NCBI GenBank assembly: GCA_043812055.1
Contig: JBDRMN010000058.1
Span: 184 to 64,183, forward strand
Source of the DNA: Patescibacteria group bacterium
GTDB taxonomy: Bacteria > Patescibacteriota > Gracilibacteria > JAHISY01
Direction: 5' to 3'
DNA length: 64,000 bases
The notes beneath the pieces were generated by a model. The model saw only the letters and a program-made list of their open reading frames with translations, was not told the origin of the DNA and made no database searches. The translations under genes were made by a program, and so were the position numbers. Positions 34,939 to 45,094 of this stretch are shown in pieces (position 1 is the stretch's first letter; every line of letters starts with the position of its first letter).

Positions 34939-35691
34939 ATGGTTGCCCCCGTCATCCTCACCGCCACGAAACGCGATCCGAAGGTACGAGCGCGCGATCT
35001 CCGCAAAAAACGTCAGATTCCTGCGGAGTATTACGGCGCGGGTCAAGAGAACGTCCATCTCGTCCTTGACTACCAGACTTTCCGCAAGATCTATCACGAA
35101 GCCGGCGGGAGTTCAATTATTGATCTAAACATCAAAGGTGAGGCTGAACCCCACAAGATTCTCATCCACGAGATAAGTCACGATCCAGTCACTGATGAGT
35201 TTCAGCACGTAGATCTGATGCGGGTGGATATGCAGAAGAAAATCACCACCAATGTGCCGATCCACCTGGAGGGTGAGAGCCTCGCTGTTAAGAATCTCGG
35301 CGGCATCCTGACTCAGAATAAAAACGATCTCAGTATTCGCTGTCTGCCGGAGAACTTGATCAAAGAAATCACCGTCGACATTGGCAAGCTTGAGGAAATC
35401 GGTGATTCGGTCCGAGTAGCCGATCTGAAGCTTGACGCGGCGAAATACGAGCTTGGTGAAGAAGCTGATGCGATCGTCTGCGCTATCCTCGCTCCAAAAA
35501 CCGAGGAGGAGATTGAGGAGGAACTGGCTGAAGACGTGGGTGGAGCGGTTAGCGAAGAAGTGGCGGAAGAGGCTGAGGCGGAGAAAGCCGAAGCTGAGGC
35601 CCGCAAGGAAGGCGACGCCGAGAAAAAGGGTAGCGAGAAGGACGAGAAGAAAGAAACCAAAAAGAAAGAGTCCCCTGGGCATGAGGACTAA
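34939..35691 (+). CDS. rplY: Ribosomal protein L25/Ctc with acidic-lysine-rich tail
   Basis: LTATKRD...LRKKRQIPAEYYG...IDL, followed by the Ctc beta-domain and a long E/K/A tail. Confidence 0.85.
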   Translation: MVAPVILTATKRDPKVRARDLRKKRQIPAEYYGAGQENVHLVLDYQTFRKIYHEAGGSSIIDLNIKGEAEPHKILIHEISHDPVTDEFQHVDLMRVDMQKKITTNVPIHLEGESLAVKNLGGILTQNKNDLSIRCLPENLIKEITVDIGKLEEIGDSVRVADLKLDAAKYELGEEADAIVCAILAPKTEEEIEEELAEDVGGAVSEEVAEEAEAEKAEAEARKEGDAEKKGSEKDEKKETKKKESPGHED

Positions 35692-35709
35692 TCTCCGCAA
35701 ACACACAGT

Positions 35710-36834
35710 ATGGATTTTTCATTTTTTTGGAAACGGAAGGTGCTCTGGCTATCGATCGCCGGTGCGCTTGTTTTTTTAATTTTGTTGATCTTGGGTGGAC
35801 GGATTTATTTCGAGTACCGCGCGAGCCTTGAGCAACCCGCGACGGAAAACGAGAAGGAGATTTGGAAGGCCATCGAGGAGCTAACCACTCCCGAATCCGA
35901 GCGGCTGCGTGAGCTCGATTCCGAACCGGAAAAAGTCTCCTGGCTCGACGGACAGCCACTCCCGGACGACACCGAACGAAGCGTAGTCTCTGTCGTTGTC
36001 GAGAACCATCCCACCTCCCGGGCTCAGATGCGCGGACTGCATGAAGCCGGTCTCGTGATCGAGGCCCTCACCGAAGGGGGGATCACTCGCTTTCTGGCTG
36101 TCTTCGACACTTCCGAGCGTAAGAAGATCGGCCCGGTTAGATCCGCCCGGCCCTACTTCGTGGATTGGGCCGAGGAACTGGGAGGAGCTTTCGTTCACGC
36201 CGGTGGTAGTACCGCGGCCCTGGAGCAACTGCAGACAAGCAATCTGCTCGATTTCGACGAAGACGGTGAAACCCTTTATCGCGATTTCCGCTACCTCAAA
36301 CCGCACAACCTGTTTGTAAATCTCGCGGCGGTACGTGAGTCTCTCGAAAAACTTGAGTGGAACAACAATCTCACGGAGCCCTGGTTTGATTTCTCAGGAG
36401 AAATTCCGGCAGCGGCGAGCTCTGTGAAAGAGTTTTCACTGGATTTCAGCCTGCCCAGCTATTACGTCGATTATGTCTACGATCCAGCAAGTGGTGCTTA
36501 TCGTCGCTCAATCGGAGGAGTCGAACATACGTCGAACGGTGATGAAATCCGCCCCCGTAATATCATCGTACAATTTACCGAGTACTGGCCGATTGATGAC
36601 GTGGGTCGGTTGGACCTGAGAACGACTGGAGAAGATGTTGCTTGGTATTTTTCCGGCGGCAAGCATTGGCAAGGTACCTGGCGCAAGAGTGGTAGCCGTA
36701 CTCATTTCTTCGGGCAAACCGGTCAACCAGTCAGCCTTCAGCCGGGCCAAAGCTTCATCGAGATTCTCGACAGCTCGACCCGGGTGAAGCTCCCAGAGCC
36801 AAAGATAGTCATCGAACAAACAACTGAACCATAA
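35710..36834 (+). CDS. DUF3048-domain protein (YerB-like), N-terminal TM anchor
   Basis: VVVENHPTSRAQMRGL...GITRFLAVF...VRSARPYFVDWAEE...HAGGS pattern. Confidence 0.7.
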   Translation: MDFSFFWKRKVLWLSIAGALVFLILLILGGRIYFEYRASLEQPATENEKEIWKAIEELTTPESERLRELDSEPEKVSWLDGQPLPDDTERSVVSVVVENHPTSRAQMRGLHEAGLVIEALTEGGITRFLAVFDTSERKKIGPVRSARPYFVDWAEELGGAFVHAGGSTAALEQLQTSNLLDFDEDGETLYRDFRYLKPHNLFVNLAAVRESLEKLEWNNNLTEPWFDFSGEIPAAASSVKEFSLDFSLPSYYVDYVYDPASGAYRRSIGGVEHTSNGDEIRPRNIIVQFTEYWPIDDVGRLDLRTTGEDVAWYFSGGKHWQGTWRKSGSRTHFFGQTGQPVSLQPGQSFIEILDSSTRVKLPEPKIVIEQTTEP

Positions 36835-37002
36835 TTTCCAATTTCCAAGCACCAAATTTTAAGTACTGCAGTGTGATCTCGAAGAACGAACCGTGAAGTT
36901 TGGAGAGGATGTAATTGCTTTCTTACGAACGGCAGTGCCAAACTGTCAGGGAGTGCGAAAGGTAAGTTAGTGCTTGGTGTTTATTTAGAAATTGGAATTT
37001 GG
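36834..37002. repeat. Imperfect long inverted repeat of TTCCAAT words flanking about 110 nt
   Basis: AATTTCCAATTTCCAAGCACC (36834-36855) pairs with GTGCTTGG...GAAATTGGAATTTGG (36970-37002). Confidence 0.75.
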
Positions 37003-37130
37003 TAATTGTAAAACTTAAAACCTAAAAGCAAACCGGTCTTGTTGCCCGATCAAATCTCTAAGTAAACTCACAAAAACATTGCTGTCCTCCGGAGAATTCG
37101 TTAATCTTCTCTTCGAATTAAACGTTCCCG

Positions 37131-38336
37131 ATGATTGACAATTTCTCTCACCTTTTTAATAAGGCTCGCCGGATGATTAAGTCCCTCCGGACGGAAGCTG
37201 AACATAACCGAGCCGAAGGCAGCCGCCTACTTGCTTTGGAAAGAAAAATGGCTTCCCACACCGAGAAGAGCGGTGGTCGGGCGGTTGTGGATATTTCGAC
37301 AGGCTCGGTCACTCGGGCAACCCTGGCAATTTTGGGCATTATCGCCCTGGCCTGGTTTTTGTTGGAAATTAAAAATGTTTTAGCGCTTTTCTTCATCGCC
37401 ACCTTCCTGGCCCTCTCTCTCGATCCTTTCGTCGACAAGATGCAGGAACGGAAAATCCCCCGTGCTGTCGGGATTCTCTTGATCTACACCATCTTTATCG
37501 GTATCACCGGAATTGTAATTTCTTCTTTTGTTCCGATCCTCGCTACGGAAATCCCGAATCTTGCCAAAGCCGTGCTCGGTTGGGTGGCTGGTTTTGGGAT
37601 CGATACTTCGATAATCCAGGAACAGGTCAGCGACCTGCAAAACTACCTTGCTAACCTCCAGAGTAACCTTAGTCGTGAGAATATTGAAGCCGGTTTGGAT
37701 GTGCTCAGTGTGGTTGGCCAAAATGCTTTCGCCGTCCTGAAGTCCATCGCTGGCGGAGTCTTTAGCTTCGTCATGGCGCTGGTAATCGCCTTTTTCATGA
37801 TTATCGATGAAGATGGTATCAAGAGCTTCTTGATCGCCCTATTCCCCCGTCGCTACCACCGCTACATCTTCGAGAAGGGTTCAGCTGTCGAAGATAAATT
37901 CGGAGCCTGGGTCCGTGGAATGGTGATCCTAATGATTTCAGTCGGACTCCTCACCTACATCGCTCTCAAAATCGCTGGCGTCAATTACGCCGCCACTTTG
38001 GCAATTTTAGCCGGTCTCACCGAGATTCTCCCCTACGTCGGTCCCCTGATCGCCTTCATTCCCGCGGTAATCCTGGCGCTCAGCCAGGGCGGGCTTGTCT
38101 TCGCCTTGATCGTAGCTGCCATCTACATCGGAATCCAACAGATCGAAGGAAACGTGCTGGTGCCGCTCGTAATGAGAAAGGCTGTCGGACTCTCGCCGGT
38201 GATTGTCATGTTTGCCATGCTGGTCGGCGCGAGTTTCCCCGAGACAATCAACCCGATCGTGGGTATTATTATCTCAGTGCCGCTGGCTACTGCTATCTCG
38301 GTCTTTGTTCGGGACTACGTGATTAAGGAGAAGTAG
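37131..38336 (+). CDS. AI-2E/PerM (UPF0118) family transporter
   Basis: 401 aa, about 8 TM segments, and the conserved C-terminal half (ILPYVGPLIAFIP...EGNVLVPLVM). Confidence 0.8.
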   Translation: MIDNFSHLFNKARRMIKSLRTEAEHNRAEGSRLLALERKMASHTEKSGGRAVVDISTGSVTRATLAILGIIALAWFLLEIKNVLALFFIATFLALSLDPFVDKMQERKIPRAVGILLIYTIFIGITGIVISSFVPILATEIPNLAKAVLGWVAGFGIDTSIIQEQVSDLQNYLANLQSNLSRENIEAGLDVLSVVGQNAFAVLKSIAGGVFSFVMALVIAFFMIIDEDGIKSFLIALFPRRYHRYIFEKGSAVEDKFGAWVRGMVILMISVGLLTYIALKIAGVNYAATLAILAGLTEILPYVGPLIAFIPAVILALSQGGLVFALIVAAIYIGIQQIEGNVLVPLVMRKAVGLSPVIVMFAMLVGASFPETINPIVGIIISVPLATAISVFVRDYVIKEK

Positions 38337-38435
38337 TATTAGTGGATAGTGTTAGTGTTAGTAATTAGTGTTAAGTTTTATTAAGCAGCTCTTTTTCTGT
38401 AACCTGTTCCCTGAAACCTATAACCTATAAAAAAA

Positions 38436-39065
38436 ATGCTCAACGATGAAATCGCCAAACTCCTCCTTGACAAGGGCGCGGTGAAGATAAATCCCACTGA
38501 ACCCTTCACCTGGACGAGCGGGATCAAGTCCCCTATCTACTGCGACAACCGGGCGCTGCTAAGTTTCGTCGACGCTCGCAAGCAGATCCTGGATGGCTAC
38601 TTGAAAGTAATTGCCGAAAACAAACTTGAGTTTGATGCCATTGCCGGAGTCGCCACTGGCGCAATTGCCTGGGGAGCACTCGTCGCCGACCGTTTGGAAA
38701 AACCGTACTGCTATATCCGCCCCGAGAAAAAAGAGCACGGGACTGGCAAACAGGTCGAGGGGCTGATCGAAAAAGGCTCGAAGTTGTTGGTAATCGAGGA
38801 TCTCTTTTCAACGGCCGGATCGACCGTGAAAGCCGTCGCCGGTGCTAGGTCCGAGCTGGAGGCGGGGATCATCGGCGTAATCGCCATCTCTACTTACGAA
38901 TTCGAAAAAGCTCAGACCCGACTGGAAGAAGCCGGGCTCAAGTGGTGGACCCTCACCAACTTCTCCGCCCTCGTGAGGCAACTCGAGATTCCCGAGGAGC
39001 AGAAAAAAACAGTCCTCGACTTTGCGAACGACCCGACCGGTTGGGCGAAACGTGCTGGCGTCTAA
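38436..39065 (+). CDS. pyrE: Orotate phosphoribosyltransferase
   Basis: FTWTSGIKSPIYCDNR and the PRPP motif LLVIEDLFSTAGS. Confidence 0.85.
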   Translation: MLNDEIAKLLLDKGAVKINPTEPFTWTSGIKSPIYCDNRALLSFVDARKQILDGYLKVIAENKLEFDAIAGVATGAIAWGALVADRLEKPYCYIRPEKKEHGTGKQVEGLIEKGSKLLVIEDLFSTAGSTVKAVAGARSELEAGIIGVIAISTYEFEKAQTRLEEAGLKWWTLTNFSALVRQLEIPEEQKKTVLDFANDPTGWAKRAGV

Positions 39066-39110
39066 CAAGCTCAAATACCTAGAGACCCAAAAAACCTAAG
39101 AGCCCAAAGA

Positions 39111-39839
39111 CTAGACCCTAAACTTCGTCAAAATCTTCTTCGCCCGTGCCAACATTGGTTCCGGTGTGTTCGCATTGTTATGCAAAACAATATCCGCCAC
39201 ATCAGTCAGTGGAGCGATGTACTTTTTGTAATTCGGTTTCACGTATTCGAAGTAATACTTGAACTCCCCCTCCAAACCTCCTTCACCAACCGCGCCTCGA
39301 TTTCCTTTCACGAAGTCCCGGATAATTCTGCGAGAGAGTCGCACGTCGTCGTCCACGTGAATGAAAACTGAAAGATCAGCGAGTTCCCGAATCTCCGGAA
39401 CGGCTAAAGTCAAAATCCCTTCGATAATCACAACTTTCTTTGGCTCGACACGGAGAGTTTTTTCCAAACGATCCTTGGTCTGGAAATCGTAAATTGGCGT
39501 ATCAACCGCCTCTCCGTTCTTCAGCTTAATCAGATGTTCAGCCAAAAGTTCATTGTCCAAGCTTTCGGGTGAGTCGTAGTCCACGCGGTAATCCGGATCA
39601 AATTTGTCCTTGTCGATGTAATACATATCATGGCTCAGCACTTCACAGTCACCGCCGTAAATATTCTCCGCAATGAAGTTGGCGAGTAAGGTCTTGCCGC
39701 TGCCACTACCCCCCGTAATCACGACAATCCGCGAGCCCTCCCGTCCGTCTTCCTGCGGAAGCTCATGAAACACCCCGGAAGCGGCTGCGGACTTCTTCCG
39801 GAATTGCATCTCCGATGGTTTGGTTTTTGCTATTTTCAT
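39111..39839 (-). CDS. udk: Uridine kinase family protein
   Basis: P-loop ITGGSGSGKT, DMYY and IIEGIL motifs. Confidence 0.8.
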   Translation of the reverse strand: MKIAKTKPSEMQFRKKSAAASGVFHELPQEDGREGSRIVVITGGSGSGKTLLANFIAENIYGGDCEVLSHDMYYIDKDKFDPDYRVDYDSPESLDNELLAEHLIKLKNGEAVDTPIYDFQTKDRLEKTLRVEPKKVVIIEGILTLAVPEIRELADLSVFIHVDDDVRLSRRIIRDFVKGNRGAVGEGGLEGEFKYYFEYVKPNYKKYIAPLTDVADIVLHNNANTPEPMLARAKKILTKFRV

Positions 39840-39864
39840 TTTTATTTTTGAGAAAACCTAGAAC

Positions 39865-40314
39865 CTAGATCGTTACCAAAATTCCCCCCGCCACCACCAG
39901 TACCGCTCCGACAATTACTTTCACAATCCCAATACCGGTGAGAGTAGCAAACTCTTTGAGGATAATCAGACCCAGGACAGTGGCCACCAGTGTATTCGTA
40001 TTGAAAAGCGCCACGAACTGGCTCGCATTCGCGCCACTACGATACCCCAGCGCGATGCAGACCGACCCCGCGACAAAAAGCAGGGCGGCGAGTAGCGCAA
40101 AGCTCCACTCCTTTTTCGCAAAAAACTGGAAGTTGTCTTTGAAGTAAAGTAGTAGGGCGATATTCACGAGGATCATCACGATCCCGGCCATGATCCCGTA
40201 AGCAAATGGCGAAAGCGTGTGTTCACCCAGGCCCCCCAGCGCAAATTTCTGAGGGATATTGGCCGCCCCGAGCATGAGCGCCGCCCCGATTCCGAAGAGT
40301 ATCCACGCAGGCAA
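39865..40314 (-). CDS. Small DMT/EamA-like membrane protein (149 aa, about 5 TM)
   Basis: Hydrophobic throughout. This is an EamA half-size pattern, so the call is family-level only. Confidence 0.5.
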   Translation of the reverse strand: MPAWILFGIGAALMLGAANIPQKFALGGLGEHTLSPFAYGIMAGIVMILVNIALLLYFKDNFQFFAKKEWSFALLAALLFVAGSVCIALGYRSGANASQFVALFNTNTLVATVLGLIILKEFATLTGIGIVKVIVGAVLVVAGGILVTI

Positions 40315-40443
40315 ATTAATTTTAGATTTTAGATTTATGATTTTTTAAGCTTATAAATCCCTTTAATTTTAACAAAAAATTCAATTTTTAGCAAGGATGC
40401 CCTCACCCAAAGACTTAAAGACCCAGAGACCTAAAGACCTAAC

Positions 40444-40647
40444 CTACTTGTTGCGAGCCAACCCCAGAGATCCGGATTTCTCCGCCTTAGTCGCCTGCTT
40501 CGTGTGTTTCCGACATTTCGCACAGAAACGCTTGCGGTTCTCAATCTTCGAATTGTTCGCCTTATTGAGATAAGTCTGACCAGTCTGCACGCCACATTCG
40601 CTGCAAATCCAGACTGAGGCGGTGATTTTAGTTCCTCCACGAGGCAT
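40444..40647 (-). CDS. rpmG: Ribosomal protein L33 (zinc-ribbon type) with C-terminal extension
   Basis: MPRGGTKITASVWICSECGVQTGQTYLNKANNSKIENRKRFCAKCRKHT. The CxxC...CxxC and KN..N pattern fit L33. Start at the internal ATG. Confidence 0.7.
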   Translation of the reverse strand: MPRGGTKITASVWICSECGVQTGQTYLNKANNSKIENRKRFCAKCRKHTKQATKAEKSGSLGLARNK

Positions 40648-40795
40648 TGTTACGAATTTTAAATTATAAGTTTTAATTTCCTTATAATCCTTAAGGCTCC
40701 TTACTAACGTTACTAACCTTATAAACCTTATCAACCTTACTAACCTTCCAACCGGACGCGCAGTTTAAACGAAAAGTCCTTTTTTGGGAAGAAAC

Positions 40796-40824
40796 TTGAT
40801 TAGAAAGCTGTTTTATGGTAAAAT
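40796..40824 (+). promoter_or_regulatory. Sigma70-like promoter (TTGATT-17 nt-TAAAAT with TGG extension)
   Basis: TTGATT at 40796-40801 and TAAAAT at 40819-40824. The ATG of the downstream ORF is at 40839. Confidence 0.55.
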
Positions 40825-40838
40825 GAAATGATCTAAAA

Positions 40839-41084
40839 ATGCAAACTGGCTCTACTTATCGAGGGGCCTTCGACACCCTGCGTAGAACGAAACTACGCAG
40901 CGAAAAGCTCAAGGTAGCCCTGAAAAAGATTAAAGAGCAGCTCAAACAAAAGCCCAATCTTCCTAAGCTCAAAAACTTTATCAGAGAACGAGCCCACAAG
41001 GCTCAGCTCACGAACCTCCGCCTCGTCATTAAACTCCGAAAAAAGATGGATGCGGTGAAGCAAAATATTCGTAAAACTGATTAA
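40839..41084 (+). CDS. Small basic coiled-coil protein (81 aa), unknown
   Basis: ORF directly behind the promoter and 7 nt before the 945-aa ORF. Lys/Arg-rich and helical. Confidence 0.4.
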   Translation: MQTGSTYRGAFDTLRRTKLRSEKLKVALKKIKEQLKQKPNLPKLKNFIRERAHKAQLTNLRLVIKLRKKMDAVKQNIRKTD

Positions 41085-41091
41085 AACAAAT

Positions 41092-43929
41092 ATGGCCTCC
41101 CCTATCGAAACTCTCAACCGAAGACGTCAAGAGCTAGCCAAGAAGCTCGAGTTTTTGGAGAATGATCCGGATAGCAAACAGTTGAAAGAAAAATTAAAAA
41201 TCGAAGCAAGGCTGAGCCGTCTTGATGGAAAAATCGAAACTGTGCGTAAATCCCGCCAAGCAAGTGCTGAACTACTCCAGGAAATTAATAAAGAGATTGA
41301 AGCACTCGAAGCGCAGATCGAGACTCCCGAATTTGTGCAGAAATTTGCAGTAAGCGAAAAAATCATCATGCATCTCCTGGAGAACCCGAAAGCTAAACTG
41401 GAAAACCTGAAGCCAGCCGACTTCACTGAAAACCCCGCATTACAAGAAGTGACTGCTTGGAAAAATATCTTAGAGGATGCTAAGAAAGGACTTCCCTATG
41501 CTCAAGTTTTAACCGCAAAAGAATTTGACTGGAAAAATCCAAAAGATTCCATTGATAAGATCATGAAAAAGGGTACTAAAGTTGGTAAAGAGATTATCGA
41601 CCAAATCCAAAAGCATCCCTACATTGCAGCTGGCTGTCTAATCGCCGGAGCTTACGCTCTATACCAATTTTTCAAAAAGGACAGCAAGCTTTGGGACAAA
41701 GCTAAGGGAGCGATTGCGGGAGGAATAGCGATATGGCTAGGGTTGTCCGCTGCCGGCAGCAATATGCCCCAAAAAATTGCCGAGCGTGGAGCGAGAGCAC
41801 TGTTTGGAGATGATCTTGTTGATAAGTTTTTTGGAATAAAAAAGGATGTTTCTGAAAAGACGAAGAATGCCGCTGAAACAGTCAAGGCAGGAGCCGAGAA
41901 AACTTTGGAAGGTTTGGGGAAACGTGCTCCTGAGACAGTCAAATCAATCAAAAAACTCTGGAAAGATTTTGAGATAGATAATGTCTCCGGGTCTAAAGAG
42001 AACCTTGCGGAGCTACTCAAAAACATCAAAGCTGAGGGTGGTCAGGCAGTTCTGGAAATTACGAAAGATGGCTCTTTTAAGTTGCTTTTCCTTGGCCTCA
42101 AGGGCGCCAAAGAGGCTTACTGTTTTAGCTACAAGATCACCCAAAAAATGGTTCATCGGCTTGGCGAAATGCTTGCAGATCCTGACAAGCCTTGGTGGAC
42201 AGATCCCGCAACAATTATCAAAATCGATTCTTACATCGCAGGAGTCGGAGGGGCTTATGGTTTCACCAAAGCGCTTTTTACTACCGACATAGAGTTCAAG
42301 CATCCCCTCAAAACAATTAGAAGGGTGGTCGGCAATACTACCGTCGAAACTTTCAAAGGGGCCACCTGGGGTCAAGTCAAAGCCGGCCACCGTATTTTTC
42401 AAACGATCCATTATCGCAAGGAAATTATGAATTTTTATAAGTCTCAAATTAAATTAGGCAAAATTACAGTTACCGAAAATTTGGGAAAGAGGCAAGTAAG
42501 ATGGTTTGCTGAACACCTCACCGACAGGGCCAATAGGCATAGTCACGAATACCAAAAAGGTATTTACCACGCGAGGAGAGCGGCTTTTTGGGACCAAATG
42601 TCAAATGAGGTCTGGATGAGTAAAGGAGAATCAGAACATTTTTCTGACAAAGCTAAGACCGAAGCAAGAGAGGCAAGAAGGTACATGCAGAGACTCGATA
42701 AGCGTTTTGAACACGCTTCCGAGAGCGAAATTATCAAAGAGGGCGCAAAAATAAATGAGGACATGAAAAAAACTCCGAAACCCAAACCAGCTAAAGCCGC
42801 AAATCCTAAACCACAAAAACCCAAAACAGGGTCCTCTCCTGAGCCTAACGCAAACGTAATAGATCTCGAGAAGATAAAAAGGCAAAAAGTGGGTCTGGGG
42901 CCCGGGCCAGAGCTCAGAACAACTGAACAAAAAGTTCCCGAGCTAGCCCCAATGGCAAAACCACACCTCAGAGTTGTTGAAAAACCAAAGCCAGCTCCAG
43001 AGATTCTTTCCGAAGCCGAAATCAGGCAATACGCGGACTGGTGTGAGCAAAAAGGCGTGAAGCCGATTGCTAAAAAAATTCTCCGAGAGAGGTTAGCGAC
43101 TTTCGGGACAGAGGCTCTCAAACTGGGTGCCACCCCCTTAATGATTTTCCTGACTATTCACAACATCGAGTCCGCACCGCCCAGCCAACGCAATGAAGCA
43201 ATCGCAGAAAACGGTGCTGCACTCACTGCTTTCTATATCGCTCTCAAGGCTGGATCTGCTACCTTCAAGGCCGCCCCAGGACCATTCCTACACAAAACAG
43301 TTGGAGCAATCTCTATCGCCATGCTGTCTTTTTTCATCGGAGAGAAGGGGGTCGAGAAAATTTCCAATGCTATTCTCAAAAAACTAAATCTCGATTTTTC
43401 CGAAGGCGGCATTGTGGATAATGTCCTTTTATCAAGTGAGATCATTTTTGGATTCGGTGGTTTGTTTGGACTTCTCAAAAACAAACTTCACACGGGAGAA
43501 AATGCTCGCGAATTCCTGGAAAGAAATATGCCCAGCATATCTTTGAGTAAGGGGATTTCCCGTTTTCGTTACAACAGCGTGAACGGTTGGAATAAACGTA
43601 TTCAAAAAAAGATTTTTGCTTCTCGATTAGGGGTTGAGAAAAATTTCTTAAAAACACTTCTGATCAATGAAGACTGGCGAAAAATAGAAGCTGCCAAACT
43701 GGCAGATTTGGAATTTCGAAAAGAACTAGCCAAGGGTAAAACAAAAGAGCAGCTTGAACAGGCAATTGCTGAACACAAAAAGTTCCTGGGAGGCATCGGC
43801 CAATTCAATAAGAAAGACTTTTCCAACAAAGAGTTCATTCAAGCAGGTGTTTTGAGGTTGCTCGAACAGCAAACCTTAGCCCTGGAAAGAAAGAAACGGA
43901 AAAAAACAACAGCACGAAGAAGCCGATAG
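41092..43929 (+). CDS. Large (945 aa) coiled-coil and polytopic membrane protein, unknown function
   Basis: An N-terminal coiled coil, hydrophobic helix pairs (around aa 185-225 and 700-800), a central Pro/Lys-rich linker (KPKPAKAANPKPQKPK) and a basic C-terminus. No domain recognised. Confidence 0.65.
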   Translation: MASPIETLNRRRQELAKKLEFLENDPDSKQLKEKLKIEARLSRLDGKIETVRKSRQASAELLQEINKEIEALEAQIETPEFVQKFAVSEKIIMHLLENPKAKLENLKPADFTENPALQEVTAWKNILEDAKKGLPYAQVLTAKEFDWKNPKDSIDKIMKKGTKVGKEIIDQIQKHPYIAAGCLIAGAYALYQFFKKDSKLWDKAKGAIAGGIAIWLGLSAAGSNMPQKIAERGARALFGDDLVDKFFGIKKDVSEKTKNAAETVKAGAEKTLEGLGKRAPETVKSIKKLWKDFEIDNVSGSKENLAELLKNIKAEGGQAVLEITKDGSFKLLFLGLKGAKEAYCFSYKITQKMVHRLGEMLADPDKPWWTDPATIIKIDSYIAGVGGAYGFTKALFTTDIEFKHPLKTIRRVVGNTTVETFKGATWGQVKAGHRIFQTIHYRKEIMNFYKSQIKLGKITVTENLGKRQVRWFAEHLTDRANRHSHEYQKGIYHARRAAFWDQMSNEVWMSKGESEHFSDKAKTEAREARRYMQRLDKRFEHASESEIIKEGAKINEDMKKTPKPKPAKAANPKPQKPKTGSSPEPNANVIDLEKIKRQKVGLGPGPELRTTEQKVPELAPMAKPHLRVVEKPKPAPEILSEAEIRQYADWCEQKGVKPIAKKILRERLATFGTEALKLGATPLMIFLTIHNIESAPPSQRNEAIAENGAALTAFYIALKAGSATFKAAPGPFLHKTVGAISIAMLSFFIGEKGVEKISNAILKKLNLDFSEGGIVDNVLLSSEIIFGFGGLFGLLKNKLHTGENAREFLERNMPSISLSKGISRFRYNSVNGWNKRIQKKIFASRLGVEKNFLKTLLINEDWRKIEAAKLADLEFRKELAKGKTKEQLEQAIAEHKKFLGGIGQFNKKDFSNKEFIQAGVLRLLEQQTLALERKKRKKTTARRSR

Positions 43930-43971
43930 GGCTGCCGACCTAGGTAGTCTGTAGGATTTAGATTAGAGCAG

Positions 43972-45051
43972 CTACTTCAAATACCCCTTCTTCGCCAGCA
44001 ACTCCGCAACCAAGATTGCTCCTCCCGCCGCCCCGCGGACGGTATTGTGCGAGAGACAGACAAAACGGTAATCCAGCACAAGGCATTTTCGCAAACGGCC
44101 GATAGTTGCCGCCATGCCCTTCCCCGCGTCACGATCGAGTCTGGTTTGCGGGCGGAAGTCGTCCTTGAGATAGATTAACGGTGGCTTCGGAGCACTGGGT
44201 AGATTCAACTTTTGCGGAACGCCCTGGAAACTTTTCCACGCCGCGAGAATCTGCTTCTCAGTCGGTTTCTTCGCGAACTCAATCGAAACCGTCGCCATAT
44301 GGCCGTCAGTCGCCGCTACCCGATTGCAGTGGGCGGAGATTTTGAGCTTTTTTTCTTCAATAATCCTGCCGTTTTTTAGTTTTCCCAAAATCTTCATCGG
44401 TTCACGCTCGGATTTCTCTTCCTCTCCACCAATATTGGGAATTACGTTGTCGATAATCTCCGGAAAAGTGTCGAAAGTCTTACCGGCTCCGGAAATCGCC
44501 TGCATCGTCGTGATGATTAGCTTCGTCGGCTTAAACTTCCGCAGTGCGTGAACAGCGAGGAGGTAGCTCTGCAGGCTGCAATTAGGTTTCACTGCTATTA
44601 AACCTTTTTTCCAGCCCCTCTTCTTACGTTGGGTTTTGATCAGCTCGATGTGTTCCGGATTTACTTCCGGCATGATCATCGGCACATCCGGAGTCCAGCG
44701 GTGGGCGGAGTTATTGGAAACGACGGGAACGTCGGCCTTCGCATAAGCATCCTCAAGATCTCGGATCTTGTCCTTGGGCATATCCAGCGCGGAGAAAACG
44801 AAGTCAACCTGGCCTTTAATCTTTTCAATCTCGTTAACGTTTAAGACTACAAGATTTTTGACAGCAGCGGGAACCTTTTTACCCGGAACGGCCCAACGGG
44901 CTTTGACAACCGTACCATACTTTTTACCCGCCGAACGCGGGCTCGCTGCCACTGCAACAACCCGGAACCACGGATGGCCGTCAAGCAGAGAAACGAAACG
45001 TTGGCCGACCATGCCGGTAGCACCGAGCACGCCGACTTTGAACTTGGGCAT
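43972..45051 (-). CDS. asd: Aspartate-semialdehyde dehydrogenase
   Basis: VGVLGATGMVGQRF, the active-site region KPNCSLQ and HNTVRGAAGG. Confidence 0.9.
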   Translation of the reverse strand: MPKFKVGVLGATGMVGQRFVSLLDGHPWFRVVAVAASPRSAGKKYGTVVKARWAVPGKKVPAAVKNLVVLNVNEIEKIKGQVDFVFSALDMPKDKIRDLEDAYAKADVPVVSNNSAHRWTPDVPMIMPEVNPEHIELIKTQRKKRGWKKGLIAVKPNCSLQSYLLAVHALRKFKPTKLIITTMQAISGAGKTFDTFPEIIDNVIPNIGGEEEKSEREPMKILGKLKNGRIIEEKKLKISAHCNRVAATDGHMATVSIEFAKKPTEKQILAAWKSFQGVPQKLNLPSAPKPPLIYLKDDFRPQTRLDRDAGKGMAATIGRLRKCLVLDYRFVCLSHNTVRGAAGGAILVAELLAKKGYLK

Positions 45052-45094
45052 TTGAAGAAAATTAAAAAAAATCAGTCCCTAAGGAAATAAGGAG

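Noticed and set aside
35125-35706. 193-aa and 115-aa ORFs antisense to or overlapping the rplY tail
   Set aside because: They are produced by the low-complexity GAA/GAG-rich sequence that encodes the acidic L25 tail. There is no independent support for them.
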